From a candidate division FCPU426 bacterium (GTDB lineage Bacteria > Oederibacteriota > JAAXVQ01 > JAUVAV01), in contig JBFLYH010000001.1 of assembly GCA_040756875.1 (NCBI GenBank), positions 608,001 through 672,000 of the forward strand: 64,000 nucleotides of DNA. Reading direction: 5' to 3'. How positions within the stretch are numbered: position 1 is the stretch's first letter; every line of letters starts with the position of its first letter. This document shows, in pieces, positions 1-10,402 of the stretch. The notes under the pieces are model-generated. The model searched no databases, was not told the DNA's origin, and saw nothing but the letters and a program-made list of their open reading frames with translations. Position numbers and translations under genes: made by a program.

Positions 1-1
1 C

Positions 2-1171
2 ATCAATCCCGCGGGCGGTGCCGGCGGCTGGAAGACGACCACGCCCTTGGCGCCAACGGCGCTGGCGCCTTCGCTCGGGCCGCGCTTCGACATGGCCGCT
101 TGTGTGGCATTCAATCGCATTTATCTTTTCGGCGGGCGCGATGCCACCGGCATTCCGCAGGATGACATCTTTTTCGCCACCATCAACGGCGACGGCACCT
201 TGGGGCCGTGGACCGAATTGATCACCTCGCCCCTCCCCTCGTTTTTGGCGGAACACCAAGTCTTGTTCACCAATGGCCGGTTTTACATCATAGGCGGAGC
301 GAACGAAACCGGATTGCTGCGCAACAGCGTTTACTACTGCACGGTGGATCCGGCCACGGGTTTGATTCCCGCGTTCCCCAACCCCGGGTCCTGGGAATTA
401 TCCAACACGACCCTGGAATATCCGGTTGCCGGTCACGCCGCAGTGGCCAACAACGGATTCATGTACGTGCTGGGCGGCCGGTATAATTCCGCGGATCCCC
501 ATACCTCCAGCGCTTATATGACCAGCATTGTCGATCTCTTCCAATCCATGGACATTTACTATGCCTGGGCCGGCACCTATGAGCGGTATATCGACCTTAA
601 CCGCGACCAGCTGATTCAAAATGTCGATTGGGTAGGGCAGGCCAATTTCGAAATTTTGCGGGTGAAATGCCGGTATGCCTTGGAGAAAGGGCAGTGGTCG
701 CCCTGGACGGCGGAGACCGACTTGGGCCCGCTGGACGTTCAACAGTTTGCCCGGTATATTCATTATAAAATCCGTCTGGAAACCCTCACCAATGAGCGGG
801 CGAACATCTATCGGACGCCGTTGATTTCTCAATTCGTGGTTGATTATGCCGAGACGAAACAGGTCGACAACGATAACTTCCAGATCAACCATAACCGCTT
901 CGATCCGCAGACCCAAACGCTGCTGATCACCTATAAAACCAGGGATCATTCAGTCAACGACGTCATTTTCAGGGTTTACAACCTCGAAGGAGAGCTGATC
1001 CGGAGGCAGGATATCACGATTCCGGCGGGAACCGCGTTGCCGGCCACCGGTTCCTGGATCTGGGACGGGACAAACGAAAACGCCGAGCAAGTGGCCAACG
1101 GCGTATACGTGATTCAATATAATTCGGGCAATACGCACAAACTGCGCAAGGTGGTCGTTTACAAACGCTGA
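2..1171 (+). CDS. Kelch-repeat beta-propeller protein with C-terminal FlgD-Ig/T9SS-CTD-like domain (5' partial)
   Basis: Frame is open from base 2. Kelch motifs RIYLFGG, RFYIIGG, FMYVLGG; C-terminus VYNLEGELIRR...WDGTNENAEQVANGVYVIQY...KVVVYKR. Confidence 0.8.
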   Translation: MNPAGGAGGWKTTTPLAPTALAPSLGPRFDMAACVAFNRIYLFGGRDATGIPQDDIFFATINGDGTLGPWTELITSPLPSFLAEHQVLFTNGRFYIIGGANETGLLRNSVYYCTVDPATGLIPAFPNPGSWELSNTTLEYPVAGHAAVANNGFMYVLGGRYNSADPHTSSAYMTSIVDLFQSMDIYYAWAGTYERYIDLNRDQLIQNVDWVGQANFEILRVKCRYALEKGQWSPWTAETDLGPLDVQQFARYIHYKIRLETLTNERANIYRTPLISQFVVDYAETKQVDNDNFQINHNRFDPQTQTLLITYKTRDHSVNDVIFRVYNLEGELIRRQDITIPAGTALPATGSWIWDGTNENAEQVANGVYVIQYNSGNTHKLRKVVVYKR

Positions 1172-1290
1172 CGGAACGGGCGCCTGAGGCGCCCCGAATT
1201 TTGCATGGATGGCCTGCCAACTTGGCCGGCGACGCGAGGCCTGCGGCGCGGTACACCCGCCCCGGGGCCCCCGACACAAAGGAGAGGGCT

Positions 1291-2238
1291 ATGCGTCAAT
1301 TGCTTGCTGGGCTCATGATTCTATTGCTGCTCCCCGCGGGTATGGTTTATGGCCGCGGCGTCGGCACTTCGGCCGCGAATTTTCTGAAGGTAGGCCAAGG
1401 GGCCAGACCTGCAGGCATGGGCAGCGCCTTCGTCGCCCTGGCCGACGACATCAACAGCCTGGAGTGGAACCCGGCCGGCTTGTCGCTGCTTACGCCGGAC
1501 TATTTTGATATGTCCTTTCAGCACTCGTTTTGGCTGGCTGATGTGGAGTATGAAATGTTGTCCTACGCCCAGTATTTGGGGGAAGCCTACGGCGCGGGAT
1601 TGATGCTGATGTACCGCCACATGCCCGATGTGGACAACAATCTCAGCGATGAGCAGCCCTTGCAGGTGTATGACTTTGCCGGCCAGCTTGGTTACGGTTT
1701 TCAAATTTCGAATTTCTCGGTGGGTTTGAACCTGAAAATCGTTACCACTCATCTGGGCACCGTGGATTTGACCGGCGAAGCCGTGGATTTGGGCATGCTG
1801 GTTCACTTCATGGAGCGCAAGCTCAACATCGGCCTGGTCATTCAAAACCTGGGCCCGGATGTTTCGAATGATTCGCTGCCCCTGGGCATCCGCGGCGGCT
1901 TCGGCTATAAAGACCTATTCGGTGAAAACAAGGAACACGCTTTCAATGCCGGCCTGGAAATCAACCAACCCTTGGACAACAAACTGAACCTCAATCTGGG
2001 CGCCGAATATTGGTATATGAAGACTTTTGCTCTGCGCCTCGGATTCCGCCAGCAATTGGGCGGCAATGACCTGCAGACAGATAATTTCCTGCACCGCATG
2101 ACGATCGGCACCAGCGTCGTATGGGCTGATCTGCAGTTGGATTATGCGTTCGCCTCGTTCGCCGACCTGGGCGCGACACATCGCCTCGCCCTCAAGCTCC
2201 ATTATGGTCCGCTGACGGACGAACTTAGCAAGTTTTGA
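1291..2238 (+). CDS. PorV/PorQ (UPF0164, FadL-like) family outer-membrane beta-barrel
   Basis: RBS AAGGAGAGGG before ATG 1291; signal peptide; signature [23 protein letters not shown]...WNPAGL; C-terminal [15 protein letters not shown]. Confidence 0.8.
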   Translation: MRQLLAGLMILLLLPAGMVYGRGVGTSAANFLKVGQGARPAGMGSAFVALADDINSLEWNPAGLSLLTPDYFDMSFQHSFWLADVEYEMLSYAQYLGEAYGAGLMLMYRHMPDVDNNLSDEQPLQVYDFAGQLGYGFQISNFSVGLNLKIVTTHLGTVDLTGEAVDLGMLVHFMERKLNIGLVIQNLGPDVSNDSLPLGIRGGFGYKDLFGENKEHAFNAGLEINQPLDNKLNLNLGAEYWYMKTFALRLGFRQQLGGNDLQTDNFLHRMTIGTSVVWADLQLDYAFASFADLGATHRLALKLHYGPLTDELSKF

Positions 2239-2351
2239 TTCTGCGCGGCGCTGACCCGGTTCGGGGGAATTGTTTTTTCCCTGACGCGGGAGGCGGCGCG
2301 ACTGAAAAAGGAGGAGGCGGCGGCGCAATCGGCCGTGGCGTTGAATCCACG

Positions 2352-3842
2352 ATGCGGATGAAGCGGTGGGGCGGGCTGAAGGCGGTTTTAGCCTTCGGTT
2401 TTGTAACGGCGATCATCGTGCCTTTTGAGGCGTGGGGTGCCGCACCGCCGACTGCCACTTTCACCGCAACCGATTCGCCGACAGAGACCATGACCGCGAC
2501 GGTAACCTCCACGCCGAGCCAAACCGGCACTTTCACCGTGACGCCGACCGATACGGCAACGTTTACGGTCACGCCGACATGGACCGTGACCTTTACGCCG
2601 ACGGACACGGCGACATTCACGCCGACATTCACGATTTCGCCCACCTCGACGGACACGGCGACGTCCACGGTCACCCGGACGTTTACCGTTACGCCCACGG
2701 ATACGTCCACCTTCACGGCCACGCCGACGATCACGCAAACACGGACCGACACCCCGACCTTCACTGTCACGCCGACGTTTACGGATACCTCCACCGCCAC
2801 GCCGACCCGCACCAGCACCGTGACGCGCACCTTCACCCATACCCCCACCCATACGCGGACCGCAACGCCTACGTTTACCGCCACGCCGACCTTTACGGCG
2901 ACGCCGACGTACACGCATACGCCGACGTTTACGGTCACGCGCACGGACACGGCCACGTTCACGGTCACGCCGACGGATACGCCGACATTTACGGTTACCC
3001 CCACGCGGACAGCCACGCCGACGCGGACGCATACGCCGACCTTTACCATGACGCCGACGGATACGCCGACGTTCACGGCCACACCGACATTCACGGCGAC
3101 GCCGACGCGGACGGCCACGCCGACGTTCACGATGACGCCGACGGACACGCCGACGCGGACTTTCACGCCGACCTTTACCATGACGCCGACGGATACGCCG
3201 ACGCGCACACATACACCGACGTTCACGGCCACGCCAACGTTTACGATGACGCCGACGGATACGCCGACGTTCACAGCCACGCCGACGGATACGCCGACGT
3301 TTACGGCGACACCGACGTTTACGGCGACGCCGACGCGGACAGCTACACCGACGCATACGCCGACGTTTACGGCGACGCCAACGCGAACAGCCACGCCGAC
3401 GCACACGCCGACGTTCACGGCGACGCCGACGCGAACGGCCACGCCGACACATACGCCGACGTTTACCGTCTCTCCTACTTCCACGCATACACCCACTGTG
3501 ACCACGACACCGACGATCACGCCGACGAATACGCCGACCACCACGGCTGAACCCGCTCGTAATCTTGACCGTCTGGTGGTCTATCCCAATCCCTATATCG
3601 AACGTTTCTCGTATTTCAAACGGATTACATTCGTTTATCTGACGTATCAGGCCCATGTCCGGGTCTATACCCTGACCGGGGATCTGGTGTGGGAAGGGGA
3701 AAAGAACAACGGCTCGGACCGTCTGGATTGGGTGGGCATACAAAATATGTCGGGCAACCGTCTGGCCTCGGGCATTTATCTGTATATCGTTACGAACAAT
3801 CAAGGGGAACGCAAGACGGGAAAAATAGCCATCGTGCGATAA
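2352..3842 (+). CDS. Secreted Thr/Pro-repeat (mucin-like) protein with T9SS type A-like C-terminal sorting domain
   Basis: Signal peptide MRMKRWGG...EAWG; ~365 aa of TxTxTP repeats; CTD VVYPNPY...[11 protein letters not shown]...[10 protein letters not shown]...KIAIVR. Confidence 0.8.
   Translation: MRMKRWGGLKAVLAFGFVTAIIVPFEAWGAAPPTATFTATDSPTETMTATVTSTPSQTGTFTVTPTDTATFTVTPTWTVTFTPTDTATFTPTFTISPTSTDTATSTVTRTFTVTPTDTSTFTATPTITQTRTDTPTFTVTPTFTDTSTATPTRTSTVTRTFTHTPTHTRTATPTFTATPTFTATPTYTHTPTFTVTRTDTATFTVTPTDTPTFTVTPTRTATPTRTHTPTFTMTPTDTPTFTATPTFTATPTRTATPTFTMTPTDTPTRTFTPTFTMTPTDTPTRTHTPTFTATPTFTMTPTDTPTFTATPTDTPTFTATPTFTATPTRTATPTHTPTFTATPTRTATPTHTPTFTATPTRTATPTHTPTFTVSPTSTHTPTVTTTPTITPTNTPTTTAEPARNLDRLVVYPNPYIERFSYFKRITFVYLTYQAHVRVYTLTGDLVWEGEKNNGSDRLDWVGIQNMSGNRLASGIYLYIVTNNQGERKTGKIAIVR
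2451..3546 (+). repeat. Coding low-complexity repeat (ACN-NNN hexamer periodicity, frequent acgccg; TPTFTATPT-type units)
   Basis: Thr at almost every second codon; degenerate tandem units visible in the DNA. Confidence 0.9.
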
Positions 3843-3876
3843 AAGTCAAGGATACTCCGTGAGGGAGGGATGTAAA

Positions 3877-5760
3877 ATGTTTAATCGAACCGTGGGGCGG
3901 ACAAGCAAGGGAACTCGTTTGGTATGGCTGATGGCGGGACTATTCTGGCTCGCCTCGAATGCCGCGTGGGCGGAAGGCGAGGGTACGGCGGGAGCGCCAT
4001 TTTTGAAAATAGGCACTTCAGCCAGGGCGGAAGGCATGGGAGGCGCCTTCACCGCCGTCGTGGATGACGTCGATTCGACGTATTGGAACCCGGCCGGATT
4101 GATGCGCCTAAAACGCAGCAGCATCGGATTGACGCATCTTGAGTGGTTTGAGGACATTCGGTACGAATACATCTCCTATGCCGACAAGTATGATTATATC
4201 GGAGCGGTGGGCGTCGGTTTGGGGTTCCTGTATCTCGGCGACATTCCCAAGACCCTGGAGTCCCCCTCGGGCGACTATGACGCCGCCAACAGCGGCGGGA
4301 CCTTCGGTGCCTCCGACCTATTGCTCAACTTGGCCTGGGCGGGCAACCTGGGTCTTCAGGAAAACAAGCTCGGCATCGGGGTTAAAATCATCAACGAAAG
4401 CATTGATGAAAACCAGTCGTTTAGCTTCGGCGTGGATCTGGGCGACCAACTGCTGCTCTCGAAAACCAGATGGTACCGCAATCTGGCTGAAAAAAGCGCC
4501 GCGGCTTATTTCATTCCCTCCATGTTGGGCGTTTCGTTCAAGAACATCGGAACCCCGGTCAAGTTTTTCAACCAGAACGACCCCCTCCCGCTCACGGCAT
4601 CCTTCGGTTTGGCTTATCAATTCCTGGAAGAAGATTTGAACGTCGCCCTCGATTTTGATTATCAAACCGTCGAAAGCCTTTTGATTATCCGGGCAGGCGG
4701 AGAATACTGGATCCATACCGGCATTCGAGGAGCGCCGGATCAGATGCTGGATGTGGCCGTGCGCGGCGGTTACCGTACGGGATATGACGCCTCCAGCGCG
4801 CCAGGTTTTTCACTGGGCGCAGGCCTTCGCTATGCCAGCCTGGGTTTGGATTATGTTTATATGCCTTTCGGCGATTTGGGAGTCACGCATCGTATTTCCC
4901 TGAAATTTTCCTGGGGTGATATCCTGAAGGACAAAGCGCCGCCGAAACGCAAACGCGTCGTGAAACGCCAGTTGACGGCTTCGGAGCGCGCGTTGCAGGA
5001 ACGGGCCCAGCAAATGGTGAAATCGAAGAAATCCATGGAAGGCAAAGTGGTGGTGCAAAAGAGTCCGGAAGCCATGCGTTCCATGACGGCTGTGGAGGCC
5101 AAGAAACCGGAAGACCAGGCCGTGGTCAAGGAGACGCAGGAGTTGGGCGCCCCGGTGACGGGTAAAACGCTGGACAAGAGCGCGGCCACCGGCGCCATTA
5201 TCGCGGGGTCGGGGAAACCGACCAGAATCGACAGCGAGTTGATCGAACAAATCGCGCGCGGCCGGCAAACGTCGGACGGCCGGACGCGTTCACAGTATGT
5301 CCGCCGCTCGCAGGAAGATGCCGCCAGACAAGCGCGGCGGGAAGCCGAACAGGTGAGCCAGGCGTTCGACGAAGTCGAAGAAGCGGCCAAGGAAGACGCC
5401 CAGCAGACCAAATCGAAACTGGTCACACGCACGACGGTCTATTTCGCCAAAAACAGCGGCAAACTGAACAATCAATACCTGTTTGCCCTGGACAAGATCG
5501 CCGCTTCGTTCGACAAGTCGCCGCAGCGCACGATACTGGTCCACGGCTACACCTCGTCGGATGAAACCAATCCGGCCGGATTGTCCATGGAACGCGCCAA
5601 GGCGGTCAAAGACTATCTGGTGCAAATGAAGAGCATCCCCAGCAACAAGATATCCATCAAAGGTTTTGGAGACAAGGATCCGGTGGCCAGCAACAGCGAT
5701 TCTAATGCGCGCGCCCGCAACCGCCGTGTGCGGGTCCAGATCGTGAAGGCCGGCAACTGA
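3877..5760 (+). CDS. PorV/PorQ-like barrel fused via a charged linker to a C-terminal OmpA-like peptidoglycan-binding domain
   Basis: RBS GGAGGG; FLKIGTSARAEGMGGAFTAVVDD...WNPAGL; C-terminus VYFAKNS...LSMERAKAVKDYLV...GFGDKDPVASN...RNRRV. Confidence 0.8.
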   Translation: MFNRTVGRTSKGTRLVWLMAGLFWLASNAAWAEGEGTAGAPFLKIGTSARAEGMGGAFTAVVDDVDSTYWNPAGLMRLKRSSIGLTHLEWFEDIRYEYISYADKYDYIGAVGVGLGFLYLGDIPKTLESPSGDYDAANSGGTFGASDLLLNLAWAGNLGLQENKLGIGVKIINESIDENQSFSFGVDLGDQLLLSKTRWYRNLAEKSAAAYFIPSMLGVSFKNIGTPVKFFNQNDPLPLTASFGLAYQFLEEDLNVALDFDYQTVESLLIIRAGGEYWIHTGIRGAPDQMLDVAVRGGYRTGYDASSAPGFSLGAGLRYASLGLDYVYMPFGDLGVTHRISLKFSWGDILKDKAPPKRKRVVKRQLTASERALQERAQQMVKSKKSMEGKVVVQKSPEAMRSMTAVEAKKPEDQAVVKETQELGAPVTGKTLDKSAATGAIIAGSGKPTRIDSELIEQIARGRQTSDGRTRSQYVRRSQEDAARQARREAEQVSQAFDEVEEAAKEDAQQTKSKLVTRTTVYFAKNSGKLNNQYLFALDKIAASFDKSPQRTILVHGYTSSDETNPAGLSMERAKAVKDYLVQMKSIPSNKISIKGFGDKDPVASNSDSNARARNRRVRVQIVKAGN

Positions 5761-5791
5761 CAACGGGCGTTGAACCCGCGAGGAGGAAGGT

Positions 5792-7159
5792 ATGAGTCCG
5801 ATCTTCGACAAGGATAAAGACAAAGAAAAAAAGGACAAGGTTCCGGCCGAGGAGGAACGCCGAGAGTCCAAACTGGTTTCCTCCTACAACCTGACCTACG
5901 AGCAGATCAAGAAACAGGAGATGGGGGAGACCGGCGAGGAGAAAAAAACGGCGGCGCCGGCCCCTGCCGAACCGGCAGCCGAAGCGAAAAAGAAGCCGGC
6001 CGGACGCTTCTCCCGTTTGACTTCCCAGTTCAAACAAGTGGACGTCAAAGGCGCGATCGGAACCATTAAGTCCCAGCAGGCGCTGCTGAGTGGATGGATG
6101 ACCTGGCTGAAGGAACACAAGCTGGTCGCCATCGTCGGGATCGTAGTCATCGGGATGGTGTTGGCCTGGGGCGTTTCCCAGCTCTTTTTCGGCGGCAAAA
6201 AGAAACAAACCGAGGAAGCGGGTGGAGTGGCAGTTGCCGATCTGGGCACTCGCGTCAATGTCTTGAAGATCACCAAGACGGATTTTTCGGATTCCATCCT
6301 GGCCATGGGAACGATCAAGGGGTTTGCCCAGGTTAATCTGGGTTTTCAGATTTCCGGTGTGATTTCCGCCTTTTATTTCCGGGAAGGCGACGAGATTAAA
6401 GCCGGCCAAATCATCGCCCAGTTGGATCCGCAGGAGCAAATGCTTAAATATGAACAGGCCAAGGTTAATTATACCAACGCCCAGTCTCTCTATGATTTGG
6501 GCGCCATCATACCGTCCAAACTCGAGGAAGCGAAAATCAATCTGGAACTGGCCCAAAATGAACTGGGCAAAACGGCAATTATCGCGCCGTCGGACGGCAT
6601 CCTCGGCAGCCGCGACGTGGAAGTGGGCAGTGCCATCAACCCCAATCTGAAGGTGGGAACCTTCCTGGACATCGACGACGTATTCGCGGAAGTGGGGATC
6701 ATGGAACGCGAAATCAACAAAGTCGTGCTCGGCCAGTCCGTGAAAATCAACGTGGACGCCTATCCGGACCTTGATTTCGGCGGTACGGTGACGAACGTGG
6801 CGCCCATGGTAAAAGGGAAGAGCAAAACGCTCAATGTCAAAGTGCAGATTGCCAATCCCTACCGATTGCTGCTGCCTGGCATGTTCGTCCGCGTCCGCGT
6901 GAAAATATTCGAAACGAAAAACGCCATCATTATCCCCCGGCCTGCTTTAAAAAAGGTGAAGGGGGCCTACCATGTTTTTACGGTGAACCAGAACAACAAA
7001 GCGGAATTCAAGACGGTAAAATTGGGATATGTCACCACGGATAATGTGCAGATCACCGAGGGCCTGAATGAAGGCGAATTGGTGGTCGTGGAAGGCATGG
7101 AGGAGTTGAAGGACGGTTCCAAAGTCCAAATTATGGAATATCAAAGCGCGGCTTTTTAG
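5792..7159 (+). CDS. RND efflux membrane fusion protein (periplasmic adaptor) with N-terminal cytoplasmic extension
   Basis: RBS GAGGAGG; single TM; lipoyl halves (ISGVI..., IIAPSDGIL); LLPGMFVRV; GLNEGELVV. Confidence 0.9.
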   Translation: MSPIFDKDKDKEKKDKVPAEEERRESKLVSSYNLTYEQIKKQEMGETGEEKKTAAPAPAEPAAEAKKKPAGRFSRLTSQFKQVDVKGAIGTIKSQQALLSGWMTWLKEHKLVAIVGIVVIGMVLAWGVSQLFFGGKKKQTEEAGGVAVADLGTRVNVLKITKTDFSDSILAMGTIKGFAQVNLGFQISGVISAFYFREGDEIKAGQIIAQLDPQEQMLKYEQAKVNYTNAQSLYDLGAIIPSKLEEAKINLELAQNELGKTAIIAPSDGILGSRDVEVGSAINPNLKVGTFLDIDDVFAEVGIMEREINKVVLGQSVKINVDAYPDLDFGGTVTNVAPMVKGKSKTLNVKVQIANPYRLLLPGMFVRVRVKIFETKNAIIIPRPALKKVKGAYHVFTVNQNNKAEFKTVKLGYVTTDNVQITEGLNEGELVVVEGMEELKDGSKVQIMEYQSAAF

Positions 7160-7183
7160 CGTCCGCCCAAGGAGAATAGATCC

Positions 7184-10100
7184 GTGCTTGGCAATGCGCC
7201 CCGTTTAGCGGTCCGGCGTCCTGTTTTGGTGGCCATGATTTTTGTGGCTATCATTTTGTTGGGCGTCATTTCCTACATGCGCCTGCCCCGCGAGCTGTTT
7301 CCTCCCATTACATTCCCGCAGCTTACGGTCATGACCAATTATGAAAATGCAGCGCCCGAAGAAATTGAAGTGCTGATCACCAAGCCCATTGAAGAGGCAT
7401 GCAGTTCGGTCAACAACATCAAACGCATCAGTTCGACCTCCCGCGAAGGCGTTTCGCTGGTCATGCTTGAATTCGGCTGGGGCACGTCCATGGATTTTGC
7501 GGCCTTGAACGTCCGCGAAAAGATCGACTTGGTCAAGGAAAAGCTGCCTCGGGATTCCGAGGACCCGATCGTCATGAAATTCAACCCCTTTGAGCTCCCG
7601 GTCATGACGCTTTCGGTATCCGCCGACCTGCCGCTCTATGAAATACGTGAAATTTCAAAAAAAATAATTAAAAACCAGCTGGAAAAGGCTGAAGGAGTGG
7701 CTGCGGTACAGATCACGGGCGGCCTGGAGCGGGAAATTCTCGTCACCCTGGATTTGGGCCGTCTCAATGCGGCCAAGCTTTCCTCGCTGTCCGTTATGGA
7801 AGCCTTGAAGAATTCGAACGTCAATTATCCGGCAGGCACCATCCATGGGCATTTTTACGATTATCTGATCAGAACCATGGGCGAATTTACCTCGCTGGAG
7901 GATATTGAAGCTTCGCCTGTGGGATTGGATAAAAGCGAGGAATACGAGGCCCAGGAACAGCAAGAACTCAACATCACCCAAACACCGCTCACCGAACCGT
8001 CGGACGAGGAAAAACGCCTGGTCGACAACCGGGTGGTGCTGCTCAACGATGTAGGTGAAGTGCACGACGCCTTCAAAGACATCACTTCGATTTCCAGGTA
8101 TAATGGGCGGGAAAACGTTTCCGTTACGGTACAGAAACAGGCCGGAAGCAACACCTTGCAGGTGGTGGAAAACGTAAAGAAAGCTCTGAAATTGCTGAAA
8201 TCCGATCTGCCCAAAGGGCGAAATATCCGGATTACCACGGTATATGACCAGTCGATTTTCGTGCGCCAGTCCATCAATCGTGTTTTTGAAGATGCCATCG
8301 TCGGAGGCATCCTGGCTTTTCTCGTTATCCTGATTTTCCTCCGCAACTTGCGCAGTTCGACCATTGTCATCACCTCTATTCCTACCTCGATTCTGGCCAC
8401 TTTCTCGTTGATGTATTTTTCCGACATCACTCTGAACATGATGTCGTTGGGCGGTTTGGCGTTGGGCATCGGACGATTGGTCGACGATGCCATCGTAGTC
8501 ATAGAAAACATTTACCGTCATTGCCAGCTGGGCTTGAAACCCAAGGAAGCGGCGGTTGTGGGGGCCAGCGAAGTCTCCAATGCCATCATCGCTTCTACGC
8601 TGACTACAATCGTCGTTTTTCTTCCGATGATCTTTGTCAAGGGAGTAGCAGGCCAGCTTTTTTCACATATGGCCTTGACCGTCACTTTTTCTTTGCTCGC
8701 CTCCATGATTGGCGCCATGCTTTTAATACCCATGCTGGTATCCCGGGGCGGGGAAAACCAGTTACAGGAACTTCAATTTTTGCGCTTTTTTGAGAAGTTT
8801 TTAGACAAGGTGGAAGCGTTTTTCCTCAACGTGCTTCATTGGTTCCTCAATAACAGAATGAAATCCTTGGGTTCCGTCTTGATTGTGTTCGTCGCCAGCA
8901 TGTTCCTGGTTATCCCCATTAAAAAGGAATTCATGCCCAAGGTTGACCAAGGCCAGTTTGTCATTAAAATCAATCTTCCGACAGGCGCCTTGATCTCGGT
9001 GACCGATCGCGTGGCCCATCAGTTGGAGGACGTGTTGCTTTCGACGCCGGAAATCTACGACGTTACGCTGAACGTCGGTTCGTCCAAAGACGACGAACTC
9101 GGGCAAACGGCCGAATCCATGGGGCCGCATCAGGCGACGGTAATGGTCAACCTCAAGAAAGAACGCAAACGTTCGACCACGGACGTTGTGCAGGAGGTAA
9201 AAGCCCGGGTGGAAAAGGTAGATACCGGTCCGGCCCGCTTTGAGTATATGGTGCAGGACAGCGCCTTACAGGTTTCGGCCTTCACCGGTGGCGCACCGGT
9301 AGCGGTCATCATCAAGGGCCCGGACCTCAATCTAATGGAAAAAATGACCAAAGACATCGAAATGATGTTGATGGAAATCAAGGGTATCTACGGCATTAAA
9401 AACAGTTTGGTGGAGGAGGCGCCGGAGACAAAAGTCTATATTCAACGCGACAAAGCCGCGCTGTATAATTTATCCGTGGATGACATCTCCCGCACCGCCA
9501 AACTGGCCATAAAAGGCAATACGGAGACCAAGTTCAAGGAGCCCGGCAAAGACGAAGTGGATATACGCGTACGGCTGCGCGAGGAAGACCGCTCCAATGT
9601 GGCGGATCTGCGCCAGCTTTTCATCCATTCGCCGTTGGAAATGCAGGTGCCGCTGAACGAAGTGGCATACATCGGGGTGGGTGTGGGTCCGTCCGAAATC
9701 CGCCGTCAGGACCGGCAGCGGTACATCATGGTGACTGCCAACCTTTATAAGCGAAGCCTCAATGAAGTCATCACCGAACTACGAACCCGGCTCGCCAAGT
9801 ATCCCATTCCCGACCAGTATTTCATCGATTTCAGCGGCGAAAGCGAGCAAATGGCGGAATCGTTTCAAAGTCTGGTGTTCGCCCTCGCGCTCGCGATCCT
9901 GCTCGTCTATATGATTATGGCCTCGCAGTTCGAGTCACTCATTCAACCCTTCATCATCATGTTTTGCGTGCCCCTGTCCCTAATCGGCGTCATGTTGATT
10001 CTCTTTTTAACGGCCACGCCCATCTCGATCGTTGTTATTATCGGCATGATCATGTTAATCGGGATTGTTGTGTCCAATGGCATCATCCTCATTGATTACA

Positions 10101-10399
10101 CTAATTTATTGCGTGATCAGGGAGTGATGCCCGAAGACGCCATTGTACGCGCCAGTAAAGTCCGCATGCGGCCCATTCTTATGACGGCTTTTTCCACGGT
10201 CATCGCCTTAGTGCCCTTGGCACTGGCGATTGGAGAAGGCGCGGAATTAATGGCGCCCTTGGCAGTGACAGTCATTGGCGGATTGACTTCGTCCACCTTC
10301 CTGACCATCGTGGTGATTCCGGTCATTTACCTAATCACTGAAGAAGCCTACCAGCGGTTGACGCTGTTGATCAGGCGTCCGGTCGAGGAGGTCTCCTAA
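7184..10399 (+). CDS. RND (AcrB/AcrD/AcrF family) permease subunit 1
   Basis: 1071 aa; AVRRPV start; TM4 LVDDAIVVIENI; RMRPILMT. Confidence 0.93.
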   Translation: MLGNAPRLAVRRPVLVAMIFVAIILLGVISYMRLPRELFPPITFPQLTVMTNYENAAPEEIEVLITKPIEEACSSVNNIKRISSTSREGVSLVMLEFGWGTSMDFAALNVREKIDLVKEKLPRDSEDPIVMKFNPFELPVMTLSVSADLPLYEIREISKKIIKNQLEKAEGVAAVQITGGLEREILVTLDLGRLNAAKLSSLSVMEALKNSNVNYPAGTIHGHFYDYLIRTMGEFTSLEDIEASPVGLDKSEEYEAQEQQELNITQTPLTEPSDEEKRLVDNRVVLLNDVGEVHDAFKDITSISRYNGRENVSVTVQKQAGSNTLQVVENVKKALKLLKSDLPKGRNIRITTVYDQSIFVRQSINRVFEDAIVGGILAFLVILIFLRNLRSSTIVITSIPTSILATFSLMYFSDITLNMMSLGGLALGIGRLVDDAIVVIENIYRHCQLGLKPKEAAVVGASEVSNAIIASTLTTIVVFLPMIFVKGVAGQLFSHMALTVTFSLLASMIGAMLLIPMLVSRGGENQLQELQFLRFFEKFLDKVEAFFLNVLHWFLNNRMKSLGSVLIVFVASMFLVIPIKKEFMPKVDQGQFVIKINLPTGALISVTDRVAHQLEDVLLSTPEIYDVTLNVGSSKDDELGQTAESMGPHQATVMVNLKKERKRSTTDVVQEVKARVEKVDTGPARFEYMVQDSALQVSAFTGGAPVAVIIKGPDLNLMEKMTKDIEMMLMEIKGIYGIKNSLVEEAPETKVYIQRDKAALYNLSVDDISRTAKLAIKGNTETKFKEPGKDEVDIRVRLREEDRSNVADLRQLFIHSPLEMQVPLNEVAYIGVGVGPSEIRRQDRQRYIMVTANLYKRSLNEVITELRTRLAKYPIPDQYFIDFSGESEQMAESFQSLVFALALAILLVYMIMASQFESLIQPFIIMFCVPLSLIGVMLILFLTATPISIVVIIGMIMLIGIVVSNGIILIDYTNLLRDQGVMPEDAIVRASKVRMRPILMTAFSTVIALVPLALAIGEGAELMAPLAVTVIGGLTSSTFLTIVVIPVIYLITEEAYQRLTLLIRRPVEEVS

Positions 10400-10402
10400 T
10401 CC

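Noticed and set aside
1178-1194. gggcgcc-tga-ggcgccc hairpin as a terminator
   Set aside because: Only 7 bp with no immediate U-tract; insufficient support
2451-3546. Repeat array as a possible CRISPR
   Set aside because: Degenerate codon-periodic repeats without constant repeat/unique spacer structure; no cas genes
2225-3803. Long Val-rich and Arg-rich minus-strand ORFs and the His/Asp-rich +frame ORF (2432-3550)
   Set aside because: Shadow frames of the Thr/Pro repeat; only the Thr frame has a signal peptide and CTD
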